Assembly (NCBI GenBank): GCA_051294375.1
Contig: CM119265.1
Coordinates: 3,285,745-3,349,639, forward strand
Direction: 5' to 3'
DNA: 63,895 bases
From: Paraspadella gotoi
Lineage: Eukaryota; Animalia; Chaetognatha
Position 1 is the stretch's first letter, and every line of letters begins with the position of its first letter. Shown here one piece after another: positions 27,207 through 45,600 of the stretch. The notes beneath the pieces were generated by a model, which worked only from the letters and a program-made list of their open reading frames with translations, searched no databases and was not told where the DNA came from. The position numbers were made by a program, and so were the translations under genes.

Positions 27207-30200
27207 TCATTTTTCCCCCGACACCGTCGTGACATCTGCCAAAGATCGCGGGAGATGAAACTGTCCAACGGATTCTGTCTTTTGTTGAAAGATTCCGTCA
27301 GCCACAGTCGTTTTCTGTTGCCAGGGCCAAGGGCCGTTGGTCGATTGTGCTAAAGTCGTTTTCACTTGACCAATCGTAGTTTTGGCTTGGCCCGGCGTGT
27401 TGGTCAATTGGCCCAGCGTCGTTTTGGCTTGACCCGGTGTATTGGTCAATTGGCCCAGCGTCGTTTTGGCTTGACCTGGTGTGTTGGTGTATTGTCCGAG
27501 CGTGGTCTTCTCTTGACCAGGCCAAGTTGTGATCCAATTTGCTCCAGGAATACGCCCAGCCGCGACCAGCGTCGTTTTTTGTTGCCAAGGCCAATCCCGA
27601 GTGGTCTTAAACTGACCTAGAGTGGTCTTGAACTGACCAAAGGTGGTCTTATACTGACCAAGGGTGGTCTTGAACTGACCTAGGGTGGTCTTGAACTGAC
27701 CTAGGGTAGTCTTAAATTGACCACGAGTAGTTTTCTCTTGGTAAGGAGGCTGAATAGTGGTTTTAAGTTGACCCAAGGTCGTCTTGACCTGACCCTCAGT
27801 CGTTTTGACCTGACCCACCGTAGTCTTGACCTGACCCACCGTCGTTTTGACTTGACCGGCGGTAGTTTTTAGCTGTTCAGGGTCAGTTTCGGGAATAACT
27901 GTATAAATAAAACAAATAAAAAATTAAGAAAGTTATGGGGCGGCAAAAAATATGTAAATAATCAATAGTCTCAACAAATAATGAATAAAAGAGATTAAAT
28001 GTATCTATTTATATGTTTGAATTTCTGTAATATAATTATAAGTATATCAATACAGTAAAATAAATTGTTACATAAGAAACTGAATTAAATTGAAGTCCTA
28101 TGAGGTTTCACTAAATTTAAATAAGTATCGTCTACCTGTAAAAATTTGTACAGATTGGAATTAACATGATAGAGGGATGCCAGATGAACATCTATAAACA
28201 TTACTCTTAGTTGTAAAACATTGATTTCCTACATATATAGTAGACTGGAAAGAATAATCGGTAAGCGTATTTACCACGCTTGCAAATTAGTAACAAACTT
28301 TACAGATGCAATAAGAAAAGTCTGCCAATGCAAAACAATAGCAGAAGATGCGAAACAATCGCAGCAGATGCAAAACAATCGCAAGCAGATGCAAAGTGTT
28401 TAGCGATGGTGGAGGAGACAAACGCCGCCTTCGGCACAAATTGCAAACAAAAGGCAAATGATTTTACAATGCGCAATGGCAAATAGAAAAAAAGTTCATT
28501 ATATCAAATAAATGTTTGTCCAAAGTTCAGCGTTTGTCAACGGCTGGAAATAAAAATAAGTAAATATTTCAAAGCTGTTCATTATAGTTTATGTTTATTT
28601 TTACATACATTAAATTGCTACTACTTTTGTGCTTGTGGTCTATTATTTCAAATCGACTAACTCTAAATTTAGTTTTTGCTGAAAACTACTATGTTTCTAA
28701 ATAAAGTGCTGATTGCTCAGCTGTAAAATTATGCTGTCAGGCGAAAGGTGTAACATATTTTTAGAAACAATTTACCGATGGTGGATCCCGGCACTGAATA
28801 TTCATTGAGAACAAGATTGGCCGGCGCGCAGTTTTGAAAAAGTTTGAGCGGATCGCGGTTCAAGTAGTAAATCAAATGATGAAGCTGGTATTAAAGGGGC
28901 ATTACAAAAAATAATAAATTGATAAAATATTTTTTTAAGTCATAAAAATTGCAATTTAGGATCAATTAAATTTAAGATGAGATTTAAAATTTAAGTGTTA
29001 ATTAAATATTGATTATAAATATTTTTTTGGCCAAGGTGTACGTCCTAGAATCGTACGGTATAATATATAATACATAGTGGGGAAAATGATTTCAAAAGGC
29101 GCAACTCTGTAACCTAAAATGGAATTATTGCATTTAAATATATATACAGTACTTACTAGATATATATTTTTAATTGTAATTTGTAAGGATTTCTGTCAGT
29201 TTCTTACTTGATCCACGTTTTTTAAAGAAAACAAATGTGAATCCGAAGGACCAGAGAGCAAACTGTTCATTTGTTGAAATCCAGACTGAAGAAAATGAAT
29301 TAAGCAGAAAATATTAGCAGAAACCTCAATTAAAATACAACGATTAAATTACATTTAATTTTAAATAAGTTTTCCTCACCGGCGTAAAATGTCCGATTAA
29401 CAGACTGTAAATGCTGGCCTTTTGTTTGAGACTCTCCGCCGCGACTCTGGCGTCGACTCCGCAATTCCAAAGACCGTCAGTCAACAAAAGAACATCCCTG
29501 GTCGCGTCCGGACGGGATCCTGTCACCAAAATGAAAATCCATGTTTATCAAATTACGTCCGTTTTGCTCTTTTATTCTTATTTTTATCACAACCTCGTTC
29601 TTCTTGGAACATAACGTCGGCAGCGTATTGCAGTGCCTCTCCGGTGCAGGTGGCGCCGCGGGGCTGGAGCGGGTGGGTCTGCATCAGTGCCTCCTTGATT
29701 TGCTCTGCGGAGAAGGTGNNNNNNNNNNNAGAGAGAGAGAGAGAGAGAGAGAGAGAAAACCTAATAAGGATTCTCATTGTTTTAATAAATCTGCAAAGGT
29801 TTTCGTAGGAGATTTTAAACTTGGAATCTCGATCAAAATTAAGAATTATATTATATAGTTAAGACTTTTGACAGCAAATACAACCTAACATTTCCAAAAT
29901 TAGTATTTGATACATTCGTAATATTTGTTTTTATTCTTTTTTTGTTTAATCAAATGAACGATTGTATATAAAAAAAGTGAATTAATGAAAAAATAATAAA
30001 TAATAATAAATAATAATAAAAGTGAATTAATGAAAAAAATCCACAAGAATCGATTTTAACAAAATAAATTTTGAAAGTTTTTGGGATTGAGAAGACCAAG
30101 AGATTTGTCAGTTTAAACAGAATTAACGTAAAATAACATAGCATAACTTAACATAACATAATTCGTTGAATTGAGCATCAGCCTTAATCGTATTTGAAGC

Positions 30201-33171
30201 CGACCAATTTTAAATATTAAATATTAACCATATCCTATATCGGTAGTAACAATATTGTTAAAATAATAATGAAATAAACGTTTTAATAACGTTGCTTATT
30301 ATTTATGCTTGATGTTTTTCGGTTTTTTTCTGTTTCTGGTTTTTTATGATTTTGACTTTTGATCCTTGAACGTTCTTGAAAGTTATTTTTTATAGTTTCT
30401 TATGAATTAGTTTATAACTTTGAAAAAAATAATACTTGGCATATACAGTTCCAGTCTTTTTACATGATTATTGATACAGTTTTTTGTTACTTTTTGGAAC
30501 AGCCTGCTTGCTTGCTTGTTCTCATGATTGAATAATTGTTTTTTTATTTCTTTATTTGAAAAAATGAGCTTTGCAAAAGTGAAACGTTCAAAAAAAAAAA
30601 TCTAGTCACAATGTCATTAGGTCAACAGGTCTACAGGTCTTCATTTCATTAGGTCACCAGTACATCAGATCACCAGGTCACCACGTCACTAAGTCACCAG
30701 GTCATGAATCATCAGGTTACCTTGTCATCTGGTCACTAGGTCACCAGGTAACCAGGTAATCAGGTAATCCGAACGGACCTGGCCTGATTCTGGCTGTCAA
30801 GGACTGACCGGATCTGTTCATGATCTCTTCCCTTGATCCTCACCTTTGGTGTTGAACCGGTGAAAGTCAAAGTCTAATCGAATTCTGTGATCGAAAGTCA
30901 CCAACGCGATTCGCAGCGGAGACTCAGGACCCGCCGTGACCTCCTCGCAGAATTTATCCACGATCAGGGCCAGGGAGCCCATCACTTTCTGAAAAGGGGG
31001 TGAGGGAAGGAAGAGGGTAAGTTCATTTTTTTAATTTTGAATGTTGGAATAGTGACATAAGTTAAACTATTCACGTTTAAATCACCTCATCTTTAATGTT
31101 AAGTCAAGTCATGAAATTAATACAACCAGAATAATAATTTTAAAGTACTCATTTGCTAATTAAACTTTAACTACCCTTCCGACTTTGCACAGGTTAAGTC
31201 ACCTCGAACTCTGTCTCCGACAGACTTCCCGACATGTCGACCAGAAACAGCATGTCTCGTTTCTTGATGGAGACGACGCCGAAATCGGGTGTCGTCGTCG
31301 TCGTCGTCGTCTCATCCTCTCCAGTCGTCGTCGTCGTCGTCGTCGTCGTCGTTGCTCCGGGATCGACTGAATAATCAAAATTGTTAATTTTTGTTAATTG
31401 CTCTCGCGTGGCGTTCTCTATCGGAGCCCGCCTGAGAGCGTCAGCGCGACTCCTGGTGGCGAAAGAACGAGCATTCTCTCCCTTATTCACTGATCGGAAA
31501 TGGTTTCGTGGCTCATTAGTTGGAAGATAAGTGGGACGGGACGTGTAAGCCACTTGTAGTGGTTGACTACAGTCAGATTCGAAGTACTGAAGCTTCTAGC
31601 AAATATCTGGTGGTAAATTGTCGTCTGTGTGGCACTTTTTTTTCGTTAGCGCCCGATTTCTGTTAATTAATTTTATCCTAAATACTTTTCCCGGATGTTT
31701 TATTAAATACCCAATCCAATCCTTAACCCTAATATCTAACTCTAACCTAATACTTAACCTTAACCTAATCACTAACCCTAATCACTAATCCAAATCCCTA
31801 ATCTTATTCCCTAATCAAATCGTTATCCATATCCGAATCTTTAAATATAAAAACGAAATGAGACACTTTTGGGAAATAGTGTTTTCCCCAACTACCCACC
31901 AATCCCCATCACCATCTCCCCTACCCGCGGATGTCTCTAAGAGCGAGGGACAAGCGGCGCCTCCGTTCAGCGGCGCCTGCAGGACCTCGCGGTGCCGGAT
32001 GAAGGCGCCTGCGCCGGATTCGCTCCAGCCGCTCCACTCGGCGACGACGCAGTCGAAGGCGGGAGGCGGATCCTGTGAAGGAGCAAATTGGATCCGATTT
32101 GCCGAAGATGTATTCATGTGCAGTAAGGCGTAGTAAAATTTCTAAATTTAACTTTAATTAAAATTCTAAAAGTGAGGAACGAACAACATTATACTAATGA
32201 ACATTTATGTATAAACAAAATTTATAATAAATTTAACAATTTACGCAGTAGGCCATATTTATACTAGTACTAATCCAATAAATGTTAAAATTTCAAAACA
32301 GTTTTTTCTAAGATTATTTTGCAGATTTGGATTCGTCATAAAAAGTTGATAAAAAGAAATATAACTCTTTTTAAAAAATTCCTTCATTAAGTGGGTCAAA
32401 AATTAGAAAAAGCTATATTTTAAGCTGAAAATTAACTTTTTATATATTAAATATAGTTTTTGTAATTTTTAACCCACTTAATGAAAGAATTTTTAAAAAT
32501 AATTTATATTTTCTTTTATCAACTTTTGACGAGGAATTCAAATCTGCAATTAAGAAAAGCCTATTTTGAAATTTTTCGATTTTATAAGGATAGTACTATA
32601 TATAAATATAGCCTACTGCGAAAATTAAAAAACATAAAATTAATTTTTTTTACAAATTAATGTTCACTGATAGTATGTTGTTCATAATTGACCTTTAGAA
32701 TTTTCGTACGTAACTTTCACTACGCCTTAATGTGCAGTGAATGGAAAAGAATAAGTAGAATGATTAATATGAATGGATAAAATAAAGTAAGCTAATGGAA
32801 TGAATGGATGGAATCAATAGAATGAATGGAATGAAAGGACGAATGATAGAATAAATGAATAGATAAATATAATGAATAAATTAATAAATATACAATGAAG
32901 GGAGAGAGAAGAGAGAGAAAGAAGAAGAGAAGAGAAGAGAAGAGAGAGAGAGAAAAAGAGAAAGAGAGAGACACTTTGGGCCATATAAGATCATAAGATG
33001 CGCCGCTCGGGTGACGTCTCCCTCACCCACAACGGAATCGCAACTTACCCTCGTCGCTCCCATCGCGTCCATTTCGACGGCGCCGATGACGCCGGACGGA
33101 ATCTCGAGGACAAAAGCGGCGCCGCCGGAAACGAGAAACAGAAGGGCAACTAGACGATCGAAGCGCCACAT
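27207..33171 (-). CDS. Secreted protein: signal peptide, degenerate spondin-type TSP1, Thr-rich linker, VWA domain with MIDAS, and a GQxKTT heptad-repeat tail; about 569 aa
   Basis: Exons 33171-33049, 32072-31925, 31366-31203, 30988-30844, 29704-29594, 29519-29380, 29285-29208, 28884-28776, 27898-27207 (1710 nt, phases match). Signal peptide MWRFDRLVALLFLVSGGAA. TSP-like DCVVAEWSGWS...RHREVLQAPLNGGAACP. VWA motifs DMLFLVDMSGS, RIALVTF, GATCTGEAL, VLLLTDG, IYSLLIG. Confidence 0.88.
31680..31880. repeat. Degenerate (TAACCC)n-like tract, probably part of an interspersed non-autonomous element
   Basis: Irregular ttaaccctaa/taacctaa units inside an intron; an opposite-orientation counterpart lies at about 45260-45600. 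Confidence 0.45.
32124..32729. mobile_element. Foldback MITE, hAT-type (8-bp TSD)
   Basis: Termini taaggcgtagt...actacgcctta. Perfect 8-bp TSD atgtgcag at 32116-32123 and 32730-32737. The two halves form long imperfect inverted repeats (e.g. ttcattaagtgggt / acccacttaatgaa). Confidence 0.9.
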
Positions 33172-33931
33172 GATTTTGAGGCGGCGGAAGACGAAAACAA
33201 TTAAAAGATAAGCTACGCCTTTTGTTTAAGTTAACGTTCACGTTACTGTAAAGAAAATCATGATTGATTTAAGGAAACTAATTGGTAATTGGTAATTGGT
33301 AATTGGTACTTAGTAAAAAGGCGGAAAAAAGTTACAAACCAACTCGTTTTTTTTTTTGCAAAAGGTTATTCCATAATTTTTTAAAAAAATTTTTTCCCCG
33401 AAAAAACATTTTTTTTTAGTTTTTCACGCAAAAACTTTGAGAATGAATCATCAACTGACGGAGAGAAAAAAAAAGAAAAGATTATTTCAGGAAAAAATGA
33501 AAATCGTTTACTTTTAAGGTTAGATGCGTCTTTTGTAAATGATAGCAATAATACTACCTATTATCGTTTTAATATAAACGACTGCATTTACTTTTTTTAA
33601 TTTATATTGGTTTTACATCAAAGGCGCAGTTTATTACAAAATAAACGGACATATTTCTGATGCCTCGGTTGTCGCAAAACTTATTTCTCCGTCGATCAAT
33701 TAGCTAATTTTTTAAAATTAACAAATAATAGAGATGCAATCTTACGTCAGGTGGAACAAAAGAGGAAAAAAAAAGGGAAAAAAAGTGGAAAGGATTCGAA
33801 TGCCTTTTTATTTTTTCATCCCTAGGATGAAGATGCTCTTTTTTTCTTTCTCCGATCGGGGGCGAAGTTGTGACGTCGCGAGAGATGGCGGGAGGCGGCC
33901 TCTGCCGCGGAGACGGTAAACAAGTTTTTCG

Positions 33932-35232
33932 ATGGAAAAGTCATCTTCGGTGGAAGGAAGTGACATGATAAGGCGCGGCCGGGGAAAGGCTGCGGAAAGG
34001 TGCGTCCAGGTGGGTGGCTGGGACGAGGATAGTCGGATAGAGGGTAAGAAAGACAGAAAAGACAGACAGACGGATAGGTAGACAGCCGGTCGGCTTGACA
34101 GACGTCCGAAGATCGAATAAAAATGCTGCGAATTCCTCGAAAAGGTAAGTTTAAAGGTGAGTGAGAGGACGACGAAGACGACGACGACATTTAGCGCTCA
34201 TCAGTGACATCTATCTTGATCAAAATCGAATTTACTCGAGGAGCAACTCTATTAAGTCACTTTCGGTCGGTCGGTCGGTCGGTCGGTCGGTCGGTCGTCG
34301 GTCGGTCTCGGTCGGTCGGTCGTGTCGGTCGGCTCGGTCGGTCGGTCGGTCGGTCGGTCGGTCGGTCGTGATCGTCGGTCGGTCAGTCGGTATGACTGTC
34401 AGTCGATTTGACCCACTTACATTCAAAACTCTGGCTCATGACTCTCCTTATAATTGGTTGATCATTTGTTAAGACAGAAAAAAAACCTGTCATTAATACA
34501 TAAACAATATAAAGAGGTTTGTTATTTGAGAATAATTTTATTTTATGGTACAGACAAGTTTCGGCTTTCATTCAAGCCTTTATCAGTGCTTTGATGAAGG
34601 CTGGAATGAAAGCCGAAACTTGCCTGTACAATAAAAAAAAAACGTTGATGTAACAAGACTTTGTCTTTAATCTCAAATAACTCAAAACACAATGTGTCAC
34701 TGCGGCGCAACACATTGGATGACCGATCTTGTTTTTTTCTTTAATAAAAGTCTCATCATTGTAACACAAAAAGAATTCCGATCAAATCCTGATTTCAAAT
34801 TTCGGTCTTTAAGTTTAACCATCAACGACAAATTTCTTAGAAAATTCTCCGAATACGGATAATCAAAATCCTCCAAGCGGCGGGAAAAAAAGAAATTCAA
34901 AGTTTATTAAAAAAAAAGGGAAAAAAGAGAGCATCTCGAAGGAAAAATTCTGGAGCAGAAACGCGAATCAAGATCGAGAGTTCGAGACATATCTTGGCAA
35001 ATCGAAGGGTTTTTCGAAAATGGTAGGGATGAGAAACATTCGATAACTAAATGTCAAAATGAAACAAAAAATTAAACCTCCCAAGGTTTGGTAAAAAAAA
35101 AGAGAGAAAAACGTTGAAAGATTAATGATATACATATTCTCTTTTTGTTCGGTTTTTTTTTCTCAGATGGAATTTTTTTATAAGAATTGAAAGATTCGTA
35201 CGCGAAGCAAAAAGATGGCAGAGAGTGAGAGA

Positions 35233-35263
<31 letters not shown>

Positions 35264-37155
35264 GAGACAGACAGACAGAAGAGTTTACTTTAAATCTACG
35301 TAGCGGCTAGATTTTGACAATAGCTCATTGTTTGTGACTTTTGTCTGCCGCTTGTAGGTTAATATTTAAATCTCTCACGAAATTTTTCACGGAATTCGAA
35401 AAGTCGTTTATTTCCCATCGGAGTAAAATCACTAAAAGGTCAACTTGAGATGGCAAAGATGAAATGAATTGATCAGAGGTTTTATCATTAAAATGGGAAA
35501 CAGCGGAAAAAAAAAGTAAAATAAATAAAGTAAAATAATAAAAAAGAAAGGAAAAAAGGAAGAAGAAAGAAAAAGGGAAAGAAAAATTGCAAGAAAGATA
35601 GAAAGAAAGAAAAAGGGAAATAAAAATGGGAAGAAAGATAGAAAGAAAAAGAGAAGACGAGAAATTGTTCTTTTTTGTCTCGAATAGATGGCGACACAGA
35701 CACGTTTTCACGATTTCGCGTTTCGTTGAAATTTCTTTCTTTTTTTTTTTATAATTCGATCAAAGATAAAATTTAGTTTGATGAGAAATTAAACGTTTAT
35801 TAAACAATGACCTGTGTTTAAGTGATTGTACTGGTAATCAGCGATTCCTTCTAGTTGACTTTCTTTTTAATAAAAAAAATAAATAAAAAACAGAAAAATT
35901 TATAAAAAAAACACCCGAAATCAACAGTAGATTTCTGCTAACAAAACTTGTCCTTAATTCTAAACAGAATGATAAAAGGAGGCTAAATCCGAGACTTATA
36001 GCTTTGGTTGTGGATTTCGTCGTCGTCGTCGTTGTCGTCGTCGTCGTTGTCGTCGTCGTCGTCATTTTTCTCACTCTCGTCTCAACTTTCTTCATCATCT
36101 TCTATGTTAACGTCATGATTGTCATTCTCTTCAACTGTTTCCGTTTAATCACATTTGTTGTCAATGTATTTATTGATTTAGATCATCGTCGCAATCATAA
36201 AATAGTTTTCGTCGTCGTCATCTTCATCGTCGTCGTCGTCTTCAACGTCGTCGTCTTCATCGTCGTCGTCTTCATCGTCGTCGTCTTCATCGTCGTCGTC
36301 TTCATCGTCGTCGTCTTCATCGTCGTCGTTTGCTATTTTTAATGACAAAAAAAGTTCCTGGGTGAGTAAATCGAGGAGGGATCAAAGGATGGTGGGCAAA
36401 AAGGTGAGGCTAAGGAGAATTACATCTGAATATCAAAAAAAAGTAATAATTAAAATAATTAATTATTGAAAAAGACAAAAACGGTTAAATGGTACGTCGT
36501 AGACAAGAAGGTTTTTTTCCTGGGGGCGAAACGGTTATAGTATTTTTTTTTTTTTTTTTTTTATTAATACCAAAAACAGTATTGACAAAATCAAAAACAG
36601 TATCAGTGTAAAAAACTAAACTATTAAAATTCAACAGAAACAAAAGACACTAACGTTTAAATTGACTCATAAATAAATGTTATGGACTAATTCATAAGAA
36701 ACTATAAAATATAACGTTCAAAAACGTTCAAAATTCAAATTTTTAAACCAAATAAACATCAGTTATAAAAAAGTTATAGTAACTTATAAAGTCTTAATTA
36801 TTATTTGTCTATTTAGCTATTTCTTTGAATTTTGTCATTTTTATTTTCAATTTTCTCTTTCTGTTAATTTCTCTTCCTTTTCTTATTTTTTTTTTAAATT
36901 CTCCAATTTATTTTTTTTATTAAATTGCTTTTTGCTCTTCTTCCAGATCTTTTTTCTTCGTCAGTCTTCGCCACGAGAGAACAAAAGGATAAAAGGAGAT
37001 ATTCCGAGGATTTACGTTATGCAAATATATTTATTGAGGTTAATTCGTTGAGAAAACTGAAGAGAACAAAGAAAAAAAAAGAAAAAATGGAAAAGAAAGA
37101 TAAAGAAAAAGTTTTCTGTTTTCTCCGTTTGAGGTCGTTGCAGGGAGTCACGTGA
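33932..37155 (+). CDS. Possible cryptic multi-exon gene or decayed gene encoding a basic protein
   Basis: Candidate exons 33932-34009, 34102-34144 and 34841-35022 join in frame (MEKSSSVEGSDMIRRGRGKAAERCVQ/TSEDRIKMLRIPRK/ENSPNTDNQNPP...SKM). Further AG/GT-bounded open segments lie near 35167, 35358, 35688 and 36948-37038, but the middle phases do not fully reconcile. Confidence 0.3.
34263..34390. repeat. (GTCG)n microsatellite
   Basis: Directly visible tetranucleotide run. Confidence 0.9.
34521..34681. mobile_element. Penelope-like-element palindromic remnant with two opposed hammerhead-ribozyme-like cores
   Basis: Inverted repeat gtacagacaagtttcggctttcattcaagcctttatcag / ttgatgaaggctggaatgaaagccgaaacttgcctgtac, with outer arms gttatttgaga / tctcaaataac. 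Each arm reads (C/T)TGAT(G/A)A-AGGCT...AGCC-GAAAC. Confidence 0.6.
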
Positions 37156-38801
37156 AAGTGTTTGACTGTATAAATAGAAATCTACTATGAAATTAAATTC
37201 AATAGGGGCGGGGGTTCAAAACTTTAGTCTTGAAGTCTACTTTCAGGTAAAAAAAGAATTTTTTTAAAAAACTTCGATCTTATTGTTTTTATTGTTGCTA
37301 TCAAAATTACAATATTACTATGAAAATTTTCAAATTACTTGTTTCACTATTTTCTATTTTTATATTTTATGAAGGAAATAATGGTAAAATTTTTTTTAAT
37401 CAATCTTAACTTTTTTTGATGGTTTCTGATAGAGCATAAACGTTGAATAAAAAATGTAACTACAACCTTCAATAATTCTTGGTCAAAATTAAGAAAAAGC
37501 AATAAAATTATCTAAATATAATATATATCTATATATAATCTAAATATAAATATAATATAATGATTATTATTAACAGTTTTTAATATTTTTCACCCACTTA
37601 TGATGAAAATATCGAAAAAAGAATTATACTTTGTGTAGACAACTTTTTGCAAGCTACCTGAATCTTAATCTTGATCTTAAAAATAAATAAATCTTTAAAA
37701 AATTTTTAGCCTTTCCTATTTATAAATAAATATTAAAAAATTAATGTATGGGGCATTACAGAAGATCTTGAAACTCAAAAGATGGAATCAAATGGAACCG
37801 GACCGAATCGGATCATAGACTAGGGGAGAAGTCACCAAAAATGGAACACGGCTCTCTTATTGGTCAAGAGCCAGATGGAATCGACCAATAGGCGGATGGG
37901 ATTGCTTCCGCCCGTAAATTCTACCCACGTCAACTTGTCTTGTAAATTTAATTGGTTTTTGTACTTGAGCATTTTGTCCAAAATATTGACACCGTCTTCA
38001 TATCTGTTTTTCTACAAATAAATTCCACTTTGGTTTCATGCTGAAATCCCTATCTTCTTACTTAATTATGGAGTAATATTAAATTTTTTTGTCTATTCAA
38101 TTTTTTAAAAAAATGTTTAAATTTTCGTTTGAGCAGGAGCTTAATTCAAATTTCTTAACCACCTTACTGAGTTAGGCTACCCCTAGTATAAACGGTTCTC
38201 TATTGCACAAGAAATGGAGAAAATTTAATTTTTAAGCTAAACTACTTAAACGTAAACGAATTTGCCGATGCCTTTCGTTCTTTGAAAATTAAAAGTCATT
38301 GAGGGCGTAATATGTCGTTAGTATATTGATACTAGTAAATTTTAAAAAGGTGTATCTATCAATAGATCGAAACAAAAATGCAAGTTAGTCGTAAAAAGTG
38401 GCTAAATTGTACTTAATAGAAAAAAATAATTTTCGATTCACTGGTTTTTAGATTTTCGTTGAGGAAACTTGTTATAACGAGATGAAGCGGAGCGTTCTGA
38501 AATTAAAAAAAATCATTATTTAGTTGGATTTAAAAATAGTGAAAAATGTTTTCCATGAATAACTAATATGAAATACTTAAATTGACTTTAATGAGTGAAG
38601 ATTGAAATTGGATTCCAAACTTTATTTAAGATAAGGTTTGTGCTCAGCATAATATGAGCAAAAAAGCAACGCATCACATTCACAGCAGTGAACAAAGACC
38701 ACGTGATGAAAAGTGAACAATTTAACGATTTTACCAACGAAAGAAAAAAAAGTGTGAAGAATAATTTTTTTAATAAATGACCAAATATATATTCAAAGCA
38801 C

Positions 38802-44469
<5,668 letters not shown>

Positions 44470-45010
44470 TGCTGTTGTAAGACGGACTTCGTTGATGTTG
44501 TGATGGAGAGAAGTTTCGCGCCCGATGATGTTGTTAGGTATTTTTAGTTTGGTTTGTTTTCTCTGATGAGGCTATTTTTGACAGTGTGCTGTTGAGGATG
44601 CTGGAGAGGTTTCAGGATGCTGGAGAGGTTTCAGGATGCCGGAGAGGTTTGAGGATATTTTTTTTTTCACTTTAGGGATGATATTGTCGTCTTTTTAGTC
44701 GCCGTCATCGTCGTTGTCATCCCTATTCTTTTCATTGTCTTTATTATCGTTTCGTTCAATTTCGACCGAAAGGTCAGTTTGAAAATTGTTTGAATGGACC
44801 ATTGAAAAGTTTAAGAAGAATGTATCACTAAAAACCTTAATAGAAATTGAAAGTTAAGTTTGTATTTCCTAAAAGTGGACAGAAATTTTCGGGTTTTAAT
44901 CGCAGGAACGAGAAACGGCGGGAAAAAGACGGGATGAAAGGCTGATCCAAAATGACACAAGTCCCTTTTCTCTTTGATCAGGGAACGGAAGGAGAGAAGA
45001 GGGAGAGGAG

Positions 45011-45047
<37 letters not shown>

Positions 45048-45259
45048 GCACATACTTCTCGTTACGTAACGACAGTAGATTTATTTCGATAAAAAATAAG
45101 AAACTTTTGCCAAAAAAAAAAAAGAACCAAAGAAAATTCTTTGGGGAAATTGAGTTCGATGACCTTTCCTTGTTTCGTTGTTTCGTTGTTTTCGATGCTG
45201 TTTTGTTTCATTTGTTTTTTTTACTTGTTTTTTAATGTCAAAATGAAAACAAGAAAACG

Positions 45260-45600
45260 GGGGCCATATTTTCTAAAGGAACCCCATTTCAGCTTAAATT
45301 TAGAATTCAATAAGTTTTTAGGTTTAAAAATTAAGTTAGGGATCAGGGTTAGGGGATAAGGTTAGAGATTTGGGTTAGGGATAAGGTTAGGGTTAGTTAT
45401 TGGAGTTAAGGATTAGGGCATATAAAATAGGATATTCGCTAAGGTACATAAATTAAATATTAAATATTAGGGTAGGATATTAGTTTAGATATTGGAATTA
45501 AATATTTGTACGTTAAATCAGGTTCAGGGATTAGAAATAGAATTGGAGTGTTTTAGGAAAATAGAAATAGAATTGGAGTGTTTTGGGAAAATAGATCCAA
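45260..45600. repeat. Interspersed element with a degenerate (TTAGGG)n core and imperfect terminal inverted repeats
   Basis: gttaggg/gataagg/ggttagg units at about 45335-45480; the ends atattttctaaaggaacccc and ggagtgttttgggaaaatag are partly complementary. Confidence 0.45.

Noticed and set aside
37819-38187. Possible MITE bounded by actagggg...cccctagt
   Set aside because: Only an 8-bp inverted match with no clear TSD; insufficient support.
45335-45480. True telomere or chromosome-fusion site
   Set aside because: The units are short and highly degenerate and recur in an intron at about 31.7 kb; an interspersed repeat fits better.
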